A program made the translations under genes and the position numbers. The notes under the pieces were generated by a model. The model saw only the letters and a list, made by a program, of their open reading frames with translations, was not told the DNA's origin and did not search any database. Below are positions 1 through 9,388 of a DNA stretch of 32,000 nt, piece after piece. The number at the start of each line of letters is the position of its first letter. Position 1 is the first letter of the stretch. This DNA comes from Saccharolobus solfataricus (lineage in GTDB: Archaea; Thermoproteota; Thermoprotei_A; Sulfolobales; Sulfolobaceae): contig NZ_LT549890.1 of NCBI RefSeq assembly GCF_900079115.1, positions 930,001-962,000 on the forward strand, read 5' to 3'.

Positions 1-997
1 GATTTATTATAGCGTAATACCTTGAGGGTATTGGGGCTGATGTAGGTCTTAGTATTGATAACCCAGACAATCCTAAAGTAAGTATAAAAATTAGTACCGC
101 AATTACTATTAAATTTCTTGAATCTACGATTTCTTTAGGAAGTGTTCTGGATAGATATAAGTCTAGATAAAGAACTGCGGAGATCAAAAGTAAGGAAAAG
201 CCATGTGCTAGTCCCGACATGAAACCTATATTATTTGGGGCCAAGGAAGTTAGAAACGAAGTTACAACTACCATTATTGTGTAAAGGTTTGCAGTAATCT
301 CGTCATTTCTATTTAAGAGAATTAGTAAGAACGCTGCTACAAGCAAACTTAAGTCAATATAGGTGTAACCTCCCCAAGAAATCTCGGCTAAAAATAGCAC
401 TATACCTGCCGGTATGCCATACCAGATGTTCTTCTTCTTTAAACCTTGATTTAGGAGGAAAATTGCAAATAGTATAAATACCGCACCCCACGATGTCTTA
501 GGAAGTCCACCTAACAAGTTCTTATATGTTAATGCAGGAGAAACTGCTATTATTGCTGCAGCCATATAACCGGCTAATCTACTATTAGTAATTGATTCTA
601 TCGAAAGATATGATGCTATAACGCCTAGTCCAGCTAATAAAATGTCAGAAAATATCGCTACCGTATATACTGCATTTGCTCCGTAAGTTCCATAAAAGGG
701 TAAAGAGGCTAATGCAACCAAGAATGGCAAGCCTATAGTATTCCCGAGTTCAATAAAGTACCCCCACGGGAACCAGCCCAGTACGTCTGGAGGTACTGCA
801 TACCAATTTCCATGAACTTGCGCTATCAGCAATGCGTTGTAGAAGAGATACCAAGGATCGAATTCGTTAACTGCTAAAGGCCAATTAGCGCTTAGGCTTC
901 TAATTAATATTGACACTAATGAAAGACCCACTATTAGAGGTAAGTCTATGAATGACATTTTTCGTAAATCTCTTCTCAGTCCCTTAACTGATTGCAT
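1..997 (-). CDS. aglB: Oligosaccharyltransferase AglB/STT3, N-terminal ~332 codons (C-terminus runs off the left edge)
   Basis: Own minus-strand translation from the ATG at 997 gives [92 protein letters not shown]... The first ~90 codons were translated codon by codon; the rest of the frame to position 1 was read less carefully but appears open. The protein is multi-pass hydrophobic. NEFDPWY matches the first-loop acidic motif of STT3/AglB (eukaryotic STT3 has EFDPYFNYR). It is absent from the ORF track, probably because it has no stop inside the window. Confidence 0.75.
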   Translation of the reverse strand, partial: MQSVKGLRRDLRKMSFIDLPLIVGLSLVSILIRSLSANWPLAVNEFDPWYLFYNALLIAQVHGNWYAVPPDVLGWFPWGYFIELGNTIGLPFLVALASLPFYGTYGANAVYTVAIFSDILLAGLGVIASYLSIESITNSRLAGYMAAAIIAVSPALTYKNLLGGLPKTSWGAVFILFAIFLLNQGLKKKNIWYGIPAGIVLFLAEISWGGYTYIDLSLLVAAFLLILLNRNDEITANLYTIMVVVTSFLTSLAPNNIGFMSGLAHGFSLLLISAVLYLDLYLSRTLPKEIVDSRNLIVIAVLIFILTLGLSGLSILRPTSAPIPSRYYAIIN

Positions 998-1235
998 GGC
1001 TATAGTGTATTAGGTATTATACATTTATTAAACTTATTCCAAGTATTGCCTGGTTGATCCATTGAATATTTTCCATAAACTACTATTATCTTCATTTTAA
1101 TTAGTATTTGTATGTCAATTTAGATTTGTAACATCCTTCAAATGCAGCAAAAATTCATAACTCCATAAAAGCATCTAAGCATACTTACAGTTTTAGTTCA
1201 CAGAGGATCATTTTTAATTAAAGCTCTTAATTGAC

Positions 1236-3149
1236 ATGATAAAGAACAGCGCTTTCATTGCTTTAGGAATTATACTCATTGACATTCTTGTTATCTACTT
1301 CTTTCTCTATATGCCGTTTTCATTATCAACATTCTACCCCTCCTTCTTGCTTGGGCCAATCTACAATTTTAACCCTATAGAATACGCCAAAAGTTTCCCA
1401 GTAAGTATTAACTACTCTTCATTAACTTCCAATGATTCAAGGGCACTCTTCATTTACAATACATCTGGAAAGCCAATTTTACAGCAGATTATCGGTATTT
1501 TAAAACTTAATGCAAGTCGAGTAAGTCCAGAAGCTTATTGGAGTGTTGCGGATTTAGCGGGTTTCTTTTCCAATTATACTGTAACTAAAAATTATTCTGT
1601 ATACTTTCTAAATCCCTACTATTACGATAATATAGCAGAACAACCTAATGTCACAGAAATATATTTAAATATTTCAGATATTTATGCTTCTCCCTTTTAT
1701 ACCTCCTATCCTCCAAGTGATAAGATAAACGCAACCTTCTCCTTTATTATTACGAACTCATTTTCGATCCAGAGTTACGCTAGTTGGAACTTCACTGATA
1801 TTGAATGGCATTTTGGAGGAAATATATCCCAGAACGAATCCTACTATTACTATACTGCTACATTGAATTTGAATAAATATATGGTTGTCAACAATTCACA
1901 CTACTATTATGAAGGGTCTTTGAGTTTTCGAATAGCAGTTAAACCTTGGGGTGTATCCCCAAGTACTATTTCAACTTACGTAGTTTATAATCAAAGCTTA
2001 AGTATTCCCTTAACGCTTTATCTATCTACGCATTCAGTAGAGCATCAGATAGGCAACAATTCTTGTGTGCTTACTCCCTCTTATCCACCTAAGGTAAACC
2101 AAGAATCTTTCGGGTATAATTTCTATAACTATTCAGCTTATCTCTCTCTAAATGTAGACGTTTATAATGGATCATCCCCTGCGACTTTAATCTTACTCAA
2201 CGGCAGCAAGATATATACAACACAAGAAAGGCATTTTAATTTTACGTTAGATTTAGAGGAATTTAGCTTTTCTCCCAAAGTTTTCAACATCAGTTTACTG
2301 ACTTATGATAATGTTAAAGTGGGAAATTATTATATTGATAGGTATTGGTCCCCAGGATATATAGTGATTTATCCGCAGAAACATATTATATATAATGGAA
2401 ACCTTAGACTCATTGTACTGAATTTTTTTATTCAATATCATATTATCCAGACTCCACCGGACTGGGTTTTTAATCACAAGCCATATACTGAGATATATAA
2501 GAACAATTATGCTAACATTTATTTACAGCAAGTAGGTTACTACTATGGTCTTAATAGGTTACTTACCGAAATCGTGAAAAACTTTACTACAGATGAAAAA
2601 TATAGTGTGTATTTAAGTTGGGAATTGCTATTACTTTCGTCTGAAATTTCTATGCAGATTAATTACTCTAGTCCAGCTCAAAATTACACAATGGCATTGT
2701 TAAGTAAAGAGGGTAGTGAATATCAAGCTTTCATGCAAATGGTTTTTATAGTATCTTGGAATCTGTGGTATACTACGTTTAACGGCTCATATTATTTTCT
2801 AGGTAAATGGATTCCTTGGACCTACGGTCTTTTCACCGGTTTTTCTATCCCAAATTTTTATAATAAAACATCCGTTCTACCTTATATAATACTAAATGGC
2901 TCTAATAGCTCCTATTTGCTTTTTAATATTGAATCGTTTAGGGTAACCTCTTGGTGGTATGAAAATGTGAATCTGGATAACGGCTCAATTCATGTAAACT
3001 ATTTTAACGTTTATTCATACATTCCTAAGAAGGGAGATGTTTTAGTCCTACATAAATACTATAATTTTAGTGATCTTATATACGTAAATACCTTAGTGGC
3101 AAAATTTGTAGTAACGGAAAACATGAGTAATGGGCCCGACGGGATTTGA
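1236..3149 (+). CDS. N-terminally membrane-anchored, sequon-rich extracellular protein of unknown function
   Basis: 637-aa ORF. It has one N-terminal hydrophobic segment (AFIALGIILIDILVIYFFLYM). The rest is N/Y/S/T-rich with roughly 30 N-x-S/T sequons by eye (NYS, NDS, NTS, NAS, NYT, NVT, NIS, NAT, NFT, NGS...). I recognise no catalytic motif. The last 19 nt overlap tRNA-Ile on the other strand. Confidence 0.6.
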   Translation: MIKNSAFIALGIILIDILVIYFFLYMPFSLSTFYPSFLLGPIYNFNPIEYAKSFPVSINYSSLTSNDSRALFIYNTSGKPILQQIIGILKLNASRVSPEAYWSVADLAGFFSNYTVTKNYSVYFLNPYYYDNIAEQPNVTEIYLNISDIYASPFYTSYPPSDKINATFSFIITNSFSIQSYASWNFTDIEWHFGGNISQNESYYYYTATLNLNKYMVVNNSHYYYEGSLSFRIAVKPWGVSPSTISTYVVYNQSLSIPLTLYLSTHSVEHQIGNNSCVLTPSYPPKVNQESFGYNFYNYSAYLSLNVDVYNGSSPATLILLNGSKIYTTQERHFNFTLDLEEFSFSPKVFNISLLTYDNVKVGNYYIDRYWSPGYIVIYPQKHIIYNGNLRLIVLNFFIQYHIIQTPPDWVFNHKPYTEIYKNNYANIYLQQVGYYYGLNRLLTEIVKNFTTDEKYSVYLSWELLLLSSEISMQINYSSPAQNYTMALLSKEGSEYQAFMQMVFIVSWNLWYTTFNGSYYFLGKWIPWTYGLFTGFSIPNFYNKTSVLPYIILNGSNSSYLLFNIESFRVTSWWYENVNLDNGSIHVNYFNVYSYIPKKGDVLVLHKYYNFSDLIYVNTLVAKFVVTENMSNGPDGI

Positions 3150-3216
3150 ACCCGTGACCTCCCGGTTTCTGAGCACCCTATCAGCCGGGCGCTCCACCAA
3201 GCTAAGCTACGGGCCC
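3131..3216 (-). tRNA. tRNA-Ile (anticodon GAU) with a ~12-nt intron after position 37
   Basis: Minus strand reads GGGCCCG TA GCTT AGCTTGGTG GAGC G CCCGG CTGATA[GGGTGCTCAGAA]A CCGGG AGGTC ACGGG TTCAAAT CCCGT CGGGCCC A. All four stems pair and the T-loop is the canonical TTCAAAT. Loop CTGA can pair with intron TCAG, giving the central helix of a bulge-helix-bulge splice motif. 86 nt in total, 74 nt after splicing. Confidence 0.85.
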
Positions 3217-3490
3217 TCTTAATCTATATCTTAAATTTCATAATATAAAGCTTACTTAGCATTAGTTGCTTCCTCTTAGTCTGAAGACAAGATACTAAGT
3301 TATTCTTGAATATAGACAAGACTATCTGATTTTCAAATATTGAAAAATCTAAATAATATGTAACATTTCTATTCAAGTAATATGAAAATAGTTTAGAAAG
3401 AAGCTTTAAGAGTTTGCCATATACACGAATATATTTTAAAAATATAGCCATATTAATGAAAAGTTATTATGTAGATCCATAGCAATCCTT

Positions 3491-3506
3491 AATAATTATT
3501 TTTTAT
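3491..3506 (+). promoter_or_regulatory. TATA-like box for amt (leaderless-type spacing)
   Basis: AATAATTATTTTTTAT is centred about 27 nt upstream of the ATG at 3525. There is no Shine-Dalgarno-like GGTG in between. Confidence 0.3.
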
Positions 3507-3524
3507 CTGATTACCTAGATAGAG

Positions 3525-5054
3525 ATGAAATCGTGGAAATTCAAGGCACTGTTAATTGGCCAAGTAATATTGGTAATGCTTTTATTTTCAAATATTTTAG
3601 CACATTCTCAAACTACAACAAATTCATCTGCACTTCAACAACTAAATCAATCAGTGCAATCAATTCTTAACAGAACGTCTAGCTATCCAGCTGCAGCAGT
3701 ACCATCTTGGCTTGATACTGGAAGTAATGCGTGGATGTTAACTGCAGCGACTTTTGTAGGATTGCAAAGCGTTCCTGGTGTTGCGTTATATTATGCTGGA
3801 TTGTCTAAAAAGAAATATGCAGTGAACTCTGCATTAATGATATTTTATGCATTTGCGGCAGTGTTAGTTATATGGATAATAGCCGGATACAGTTTTGGTT
3901 TCGGTTATCCCGCACTGGTTTCCATTCACGGTTATGGAATATTCGGATATCCTATTCCCGCATGGGGAGGGCTTTTTGAAGCTTCACAAACCACCTATGG
4001 TCCTAGTGGTGCTCACGCTAATATACCAACCGCTACCTTTATATTCTTCCAATTCGTCTTTGCTGCAATAACGCCAATATTATTAGCCGGAGGAGTATTA
4101 GAAAGAATGAACTTTAAAGCTTGGATGGTTTTTGTACCTTTCTGGTCTCTCCTAGTGTATAGTCCAGTTGCATACTGGTTATTTGCAGGAGGATGGTTAA
4201 ATCAATTAGGTGCTGTAGACTTCTCTGGAGGTTATGTAATACATGTAGATGCAGGAGTAGGAGCTCTAGCTGCAGCGTTGGCTATAGGTCCTAGATTAGC
4301 TTCTGAAAGAAAATTAGAGGCGCATAGCTTACCTTTAGTTTTAGTTGGAGCTGGCTTAATTTGGTTGGGGTGGGATGGGTTCAATGGCGGTGATCCATTA
4401 GGAGCTACAGTGGATGCTGCAATCGCAGTGCTGAATACGAATATTGCTACCGCAGTTAGTGCTGTAGTATGGATGTTGATGGATATGAAATTCTTTGGAA
4501 AACCAACATTAATTGGAGCTACTAGTGGCGCTATAACTGGCCTAGTTGCAATTACTCCAGCTGCAGGTTATGTAAACGGATGGGAAGCCGCATTAATTGG
4601 AATATTTTCTGGAAGTATACCATGGATGGCATTATATTGGTTAGAGCCAAAGCTTAGAGTTGATGATACTTTAGGTGTGTTCTCTACTCACGGTATAGCT
4701 GGAATAGTAGGTGGTTTATTAACTGGAGTTTTTGCAAATCCCGCAGTCACACAGTTTGTGGCTCCGGGATTAACAGGAGCTCTCTATGGGAATTGGTATC
4801 AACTAGGAATTCAAGCACTTGCAGCAGTAATAGTATTCGTATATGACTTCGCAATAACTTTTGGCCTTCTAAAGTTTATAGGATTATTTATACCATTACA
4901 AGCGCCACCTCAAGAACTAGCAATAGGAGATTACGCTATGCACGGAGAGGTAGCATATTCAGAATTATTAGCTACAATTCCAGAAAGCGCTAAATCTAAG
5001 GAACAGTCAGTCGTTTTACCTAAGAAAGAAAAGGAGGAGAATAGTGAAGAATAA
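3525..5054 (+). CDS. amt: Ammonium transporter (Amt/MEP family)
   Basis: 509 aa, about 11 hydrophobic helices. It carries the Amt signature region [26 protein letters not shown] plus the [10 protein letters not shown] and [18 protein letters not shown] blocks. The N-terminus looks like a signal peptide ([28 protein letters not shown]). The C-terminal tail is acidic/lysine-rich. Confidence 0.95.
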   Translation: MKSWKFKALLIGQVILVMLLFSNILAHSQTTTNSSALQQLNQSVQSILNRTSSYPAAAVPSWLDTGSNAWMLTAATFVGLQSVPGVALYYAGLSKKKYAVNSALMIFYAFAAVLVIWIIAGYSFGFGYPALVSIHGYGIFGYPIPAWGGLFEASQTTYGPSGAHANIPTATFIFFQFVFAAITPILLAGGVLERMNFKAWMVFVPFWSLLVYSPVAYWLFAGGWLNQLGAVDFSGGYVIHVDAGVGALAAALAIGPRLASERKLEAHSLPLVLVGAGLIWLGWDGFNGGDPLGATVDAAIAVLNTNIATAVSAVVWMLMDMKFFGKPTLIGATSGAITGLVAITPAAGYVNGWEAALIGIFSGSIPWMALYWLEPKLRVDDTLGVFSTHGIAGIVGGLLTGVFANPAVTQFVAPGLTGALYGNWYQLGIQALAAVIVFVYDFAITFGLLKFIGLFIPLQAPPQELAIGDYAMHGEVAYSELLATIPESAKSKEQSVVLPKKEKEENSEE

Positions 5055-5065
5055 ATAGAAATATA

Positions 5066-5071
5066 TTTTTT
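5066..5071 (+). terminator. T-tract (archaeal-type terminator) after amt
   Basis: A TTTTTT run lies 12 nt after the TAA stop of amt. Confidence 0.3.
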
Positions 5072-5148
5072 GTTAAGTAATTTATTCTCTGCTTTTCCAC
5101 GTATTGTATGAACGCTTAATAACTTGTATATTTAATTTTTTAATTAGT

Positions 5149-5280
<132 letters not shown>

Positions 5281-5417
5281 AACACTGGAATAAATATGAA
5301 TAAAGAGGAAGATATCACAAACTAAGGACTACGTCAGTCTAGTTATCATCGATATTATAGTTTAGTACCGATATAGAAACATTGAATGCTCAATCTTGAG
5401 TAATTTGATGGAAGTGT

Positions 5418-5610
5418 TTACCCGTGGCGTAACTTCTGCTTACTTTTAACCACTTCTAATTCCGCCACGGGCACCCCTCTTGAGGGCTCATACACACTCA
5501 CCCTCAACTCATTGGGGCTAGTCGAGGGAAACACCACTACCCTCCCATCCGTATTTGTCGCCCCCAATACCTCGTGAGCATAGCCCGTCATCAGTATGGA
5601 GTTCATCAAT
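5418..5610. other. GC-rich multi-hairpin island (candidate structured ncRNA or IS relic), strand unresolved
   Basis: It contrasts sharply in GC with its AT-rich surroundings. Stems seen: CCCGTGGCG 5421-5429 with CGCCACGGG 5463-5471; TTGAGGG 5480-5486 with CCCTCAA 5501-5507; ATTGGGG 5511-5517 with CCCCAAT 5562-5568, which encloses GAGGG 5524-5528 with CCCTC 5540-5544. The 63-aa minus-strand ORF here has no recognisable family. Confidence 0.3.
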
Positions 5611-5894
5611 TTATAATGTAGAGGAAATAATATATAAACATAATCATAATAAAGATCATATTGTGAAATGATTAAAAGTATTTAAAAGTTATGCAAATGT
5701 GTTACAGTCTTTAGAAACCTTGCAGCCTCATATTCTATAGTCACGTTTTAGAAGGAAGTTGGGATTGTGAAGAAAGGAGTGATTCCTCATAGCGATTTTA
5801 GGCTAGAAAGAGAATAAGGGAAACAAAAAAGAAATTTGAGTTAGCAGTTTCGAACGGGCTGTAAAGTTTTTATAGAAGTTCATTAGAGAAGAAA

Positions 5895-6094
5895 ACTTAG
5901 ATGAATCACCCAATGTTCATATATCACGAATAGGTAATGCCAGAAATAAGATGTATAAGGTTTTCCAAATAGTGAATGGGTGTAGTTATCCGGTAAGGGG
6001 TATAGGAGGGTGAACAAGTTTGTCCGTGACTTTGGTGTAGCTGAAGGGCAAAGGACTAATATTATATCATGAAATCTTATGAACCTAAAACTCC
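5895..6094 (+). pseudogene. Relic of a tnpB (IS200/IS605-IS607 orfB) 3' end plus right-end sequence
   Basis: Colinear by-eye alignment to the minus strand of 18856-19015 (3' end of the intact tnpB). For example GGAGGGTGAACAAGTTTGTCCGTGACTTTGGTGTAGCTGAAGGGCAAAGGACTAATATTATATCATGAAATCTTATGAACCTAAAACTCC aligns with GAGAGGGATGAACGTCCGCGACTTCGGTGAAGCCCAAGGGCTGAGGGTTGATATTAAATATCATGAAATCCTATGAAGCCCAAACCCC. The residual reading frame VNKFVRDFGVAEGQRTNIIS* matches MNVRDFGEAQGLRVDIKYHEIL*. No intact ORF lies upstream. Confidence 0.7.
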
Positions 6095-6300
6095 ATGGGA
6101 AAAGTTAGTTATGGTTTTATTATATTTATCTCTTTGCATTTTGCGATACATTCTGAGATATCTACAAATTTCCATTGACTATTTAATGAGAAGCACTCAC
6201 GTATGCAAGGATCTTCTACTTTTGGCATATAATCACCATTGTTAATTTGATAAATGAGATAGAAAAAAATTTTTCTGTTAGGATGTAAAGGAAAATTGAT

Positions 6301-6747
6301 ATGAAAGAAAAGGTAGGAAATATAGAGCTTGAAGTTGAGGCGATAGTTGAGATTAACGGAAAGGACTATAAGGTTGTAAATGTACCTAATGCTGATGAAT
6401 ATAAGGGATTTCCTCCCTCATGGGAGTTCGTGAAATCACATATGCTAACATGGAGACCTTATTTTAAGGCCAAGATGATTGAAATTAATAATCAACTTAT
6501 TCCCGCAGTAGAAGATTTTTTACTTAATCTAGACGAGGATATGTATGATCTACTATTGGATATTTATTATACATTTAAAGTGAATAAACCCTCCATAGAG
6601 ACTAACATTAGCACAGTGCTTACTAGGCAAATAGACAAGCTTGAGGAAAAATTTGGAAGGAGATTTAATGAAGAAGAGAAAACGAAATTATACATTAAGT
6701 ATGGAATAGAGGTAGCAATATTAAGAGATATTGGTGTGATAAATTGA
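6301..6747 (+). CDS. Hypothetical protein (148 aa)
   Basis: Clean ORF with typical local codon usage. Its end overlaps the next gene's start by 4 nt. No recognisable motif. Confidence 0.5.
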   Translation: MKEKVGNIELEVEAIVEINGKDYKVVNVPNADEYKGFPPSWEFVKSHMLTWRPYFKAKMIEINNQLIPAVEDFLLNLDEDMYDLLLDIYYTFKVNKPSIETNISTVLTRQIDKLEEKFGRRFNEEEKTKLYIKYGIEVAILRDIGVIN

Positions 6748-7160
6748 CAGTGATAACGTTTACTGCAGAAGGTAGATTAGATGGAGATAAAGTCATTGTG
6801 GATCTGAACGGGACTGAGATAAAGGTAGGCTTATTAGGCTCTGATAACCCTACCCCAGAGGAATTCTGCCTAGCTTCTGCAATATCTTGTCTTATCTTGA
6901 CTGTTTACTATATTGCGAGAGAAAAAGGTGTTACTATCAATTCTATTGAAGGTTACATTGAAGGAAAAATGGATACTAAAGGGTTTCAAGGAGTAGAAGA
7001 GGTTCCTCCAGGTTTATTGGAGGTTAGTTATGAGTTAATAGTTTATTCGAAAGATAGTAGAATTAGCGATATATTAAAAGAAGCTGAAGAACGATGTCCA
7101 ATGAGGGATACGTTAACTAGAAGTGTTAAAGTAAATATTAACTGGAAAATTAAAAGTTGA
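6744..7160 (+). CDS. OsmC/Ohr-family (peroxiredoxin-like) protein
   Basis: 138 aa. It has the two conserved cysteine contexts typical of OsmC-like proteins: PEEFCLASAISCLILT in the middle and ERCPMRDTL near the C-terminus. The start is TTG at 6744, overlapping the upstream stop. Confidence 0.6.
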   Translation: MTVITFTAEGRLDGDKVIVDLNGTEIKVGLLGSDNPTPEEFCLASAISCLILTVYYIAREKGVTINSIEGYIEGKMDTKGFQGVEEVPPGLLEVSYELIVYSKDSRISDILKEAEERCPMRDTLTRSVKVNINWKIKS

Positions 7161-7187
7161 CTTTTTTAGTTATTAATTTATTTTTAT

Positions 7188-7532
7188 GTGGGGATACTAA
7201 TGACAGTCGAAGAGAGCATATTGGGAACTGGAGAGAGGGAGAGAAGAGAAATCGTAGGCTATATTCAGATGCTTCTAGATTCTATTAACGATTTAATGGT
7301 AAAATATAAGCAAGAATTAAAGAATATGGGTGTGATTAATAGACTAGGAATTCTAACCGAGATAATAACCATGCATAAGTATAATCCAGAAGTATACATG
7401 GGAAATTACTGGGAGGAATTATTAAGTTTAATCAATATTATTAAACAAGACCAGAAACTTGCCAATGAGGTAAAGGACATAGAGGAATTGATTGAGAAAA
7501 TAAATAGTCTGAAGGAACTGGTTAAATTTTAA
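7188..7532 (+). CDS. Hypothetical helical/coiled-coil protein (114 aa; the start may be the ATG at 7200)
   Basis: ORF only. It is charged and heptad-like (KDIEELIEKINSLKELVKF). No family recognised. Confidence 0.4.
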   Translation: MGILMTVEESILGTGERERREIVGYIQMLLDSINDLMVKYKQELKNMGVINRLGILTEIITMHKYNPEVYMGNYWEELLSLINIIKQDQKLANEVKDIEELIEKINSLKELVKF

Positions 7533-8163
7533 TTAGAAATTCAGGTAAGACCTCCTTTGCCTTTTTTAAGTGTTTTTCTATTTCGCCTTTAGCTAGTTGT
7601 TTAAAGGGTCCCTTATACCACTCTTTCATTTTTATCCTACTTCCAGTACCTTCTGACATTATATAAAAGTCAAATCCGAATGAAACAACAAATAATGGGA
7701 TTTTTTGTGACGCATAATATCTAGCTATGTACCTATTATCATCGAGTTTTACACTATATACAGTTAAAGGAGTATCCCAACTTATGACCCACTTAATTCT
7801 TAATAGGTATATTCTTTCTCTAATGCTAGAAACTGCTTTAATTTGCGGTATAAATAATGTCAAAATTGCTGGATTCAGAATTTTTTCATTAACACTCTTG
7901 GGCGGTAAAGGTACAAGAAAATCGGTAGCATCACTTACAGACCCTTTTACTTCAGTACTTTTCTTTATTTTTACAGAATATACTCCATCTTTTTCGTATT
8001 CTTCACACTCGTACTCCAATTCATGACATAGATCTTCTATCATATTTTTCCCATCTTTATCCACTTTGAATACAATCTCAGTATCATCAGATTGTAGATT
8101 CTGCACAACAATAAACTTCCTAACATTGGCATCTTTTTCTTCTGTCAAATCAATCTCTTTCAT
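7522..8163 (-). CDS. Hypothetical protein (213 aa)
   Basis: ORF with an acidic N-terminal half and a beta-rich C-terminal half. Its 3' end overlaps the convergent 7188-7532 ORF by 11 nt. No family recognised. Confidence 0.5.
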   Translation of the reverse strand: MKEIDLTEEKDANVRKFIVVQNLQSDDTEIVFKVDKDGKNMIEDLCHELEYECEEYEKDGVYSVKIKKSTEVKGSVSDATDFLVPLPPKSVNEKILNPAILTLFIPQIKAVSSIRERIYLLRIKWVISWDTPLTVYSVKLDDNRYIARYYASQKIPLFVVSFGFDFYIMSEGTGSRIKMKEWYKGPFKQLAKGEIEKHLKKAKEVLPEFLIKI

Positions 8164-8286
8164 ACATGTATTATGTTTCTTTTATAAGTAAAAAAGCTTT
8201 TCTTTTCTTTTACACTACTATATATCTATTAAATATTACTATTTGACTTTAAGTAATGTGGAATATTAAGAAAATAAAGTAAAAAT

Positions 8287-9387
8287 TTAAATAACCTCTT
8301 GTATTTCAGGTTTACTCATAATTTCCATTATTGCGCTTATTAGATCATTTTCATTGAAACCAAATATTACTGGTTTCTTCTCGTTAAATGTATCAAGAAT
8401 CGTTTTTCTTATCGCTTCCATATTAGCTGATACTCCCTTTAGTTTATCTTCCAAATATTCTATGAACCCATTTGGTGACATAATGAAGAAGTCACCAGAA
8501 ATTGATATTTCATCAATTTTCTTATTTGCTATTTTAAGGGTAATTCTTAGCAACTTCCTAGCCTTATAGTCAAGGTGGCAAAGAGCTGCCGCAGACGAAA
8601 TTTTAACGCATCTCTCCGTGTGAATATCACGATGCCTATTATCTTTGTAAAATATCCATTCCTCTTTAGCTTTTTCGCTTGCCAATTTCTCCCATAATTC
8701 TATTTCTTCTGGCGTTAACGTCGAATCCTCAAATTTTATACCTAATTCCTTTTCAAAAGCCTCCTTAAGTTTCTTGTTAATCTCCTCCTTAGGCGGAATA
8801 TATCCTAATTCTCTCTCTAATGATGTTAACCACTCTGACATATCCTTAGCCATTTTATCCCTAAACTTTTCTGTTGGAACCCTTATACATTTACTAATTA
8901 GGTCAATATCTAGACTCAACAAAATGTTGCCGGCTATTACGATTGAATTACCGTGTGTCATCGCGCCATTTCCACTTATTTTCTTTCCATTTACTACTAT
9001 ATCTTGATCTCTTAAATCGGCTTTTAACCCATATGAACGTAAAACGTTTACTATGGGTGTGAGGAATTTCTTATATAATTCACTTGGATTTCTTGGTGCG
9101 TCCTCTTGTCTAACAACAATAAAATAATCATGCTCACCTGGTGTTATTACTACTGTGCCTCCTCCTAAATCACGCCTAACGACTGGGATTTTCATCTTTT
9201 TAGTAAATTCTAAATCAACTTCTAGCCATACTTCTTGGTGGATTCCCACATTTACAAAAGGCTCTTTAACTGAAAAAACCAATAATGTATTTTTTCCTCC
9301 TCTATTTACATAATCCGCTACCGATACAAATGAAGTTACCATGTGATAGCCATCTTGAGGAGGGAGAGAGACAAATCTCCAACTCAT
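8287..9387 (-). CDS. lplA: Lipoate-protein ligase (LplA-type, catalytic plus C-terminal accessory domain in one chain)
   Basis: 366 aa. It has the BPL/LPL catalytic-domain pattern: RRDLGGGTVVITPGE, and GKKISGNGAMTHG, which corresponds to the lysine-containing K-x-S-G motif of LplA. It lies 1 nt downstream of gcvH on the same strand. Confidence 0.8.
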   Translation of the reverse strand: MSWRFVSLPPQDGYHMVTSFVSVADYVNRGGKNTLLVFSVKEPFVNVGIHQEVWLEVDLEFTKKMKIPVVRRDLGGGTVVITPGEHDYFIVVRQEDAPRNPSELYKKFLTPIVNVLRSYGLKADLRDQDIVVNGKKISGNGAMTHGNSIVIAGNILLSLDIDLISKCIRVPTEKFRDKMAKDMSEWLTSLERELGYIPPKEEINKKLKEAFEKELGIKFEDSTLTPEEIELWEKLASEKAKEEWIFYKDNRHRDIHTERCVKISSAAALCHLDYKARKLLRITLKIANKKIDEISISGDFFIMSPNGFIEYLEDKLKGVSANMEAIRKTILDTFNEKKPVIFGFNENDLISAIMEIMSKPEIQEVI

Positions 9388-9388
9388 T

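Noticed and set aside
3131-3216. The ORF 1236-3149 overlapping the 3' part of tRNA-Ile might mark an SSV-type integration event (split integrase overlapping a tRNA att site).
   Set aside because: The overlapping ORF has no integrase features (no R..HxxR..Y pattern). It is a sequon-rich extracellular protein. I found no second copy of the tRNA 3' half in the window to serve as the other att site.
2295-3451. Small ORFs 2295-2477 (-) and 3224-3451 (-).
   Set aside because: The first is antisense inside a longer, better ORF. The second is a low-complexity AT-rich intergenic ORF between tRNA-Ile and the amt promoter. Neither has a motif or promoter support.
5421-5571. H/ACA box guide RNA interpretation of the hairpins.
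   Set aside because: There is no ACA/ANA trinucleotide directly 3' of the lower stems on either strand, apart from a loose TAAACA after one stem on the minus strand. There is no upper stem or K-turn inside the 33-nt loop, and no pseudouridylation-pocket geometry.
5418-5609. 63-aa minus-strand ORF (MMNSILMTGYAHEVLG...).
   Set aside because: It lies entirely inside the GC-rich hairpin island, matches no known motif and has no upstream promoter-like box. It is more likely a by-product of GC-rich structured or relic sequence than a gene.
6069-6248. 59-codon ORF MKSYEPKTPWEKL... starting in the relic.
   Set aside because: Its start, ATGAAATCTTATGAA, is simply the conserved right-end sequence of the tnpB element. 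The same string at 18880 opens the spurious ORF 18627-18896.
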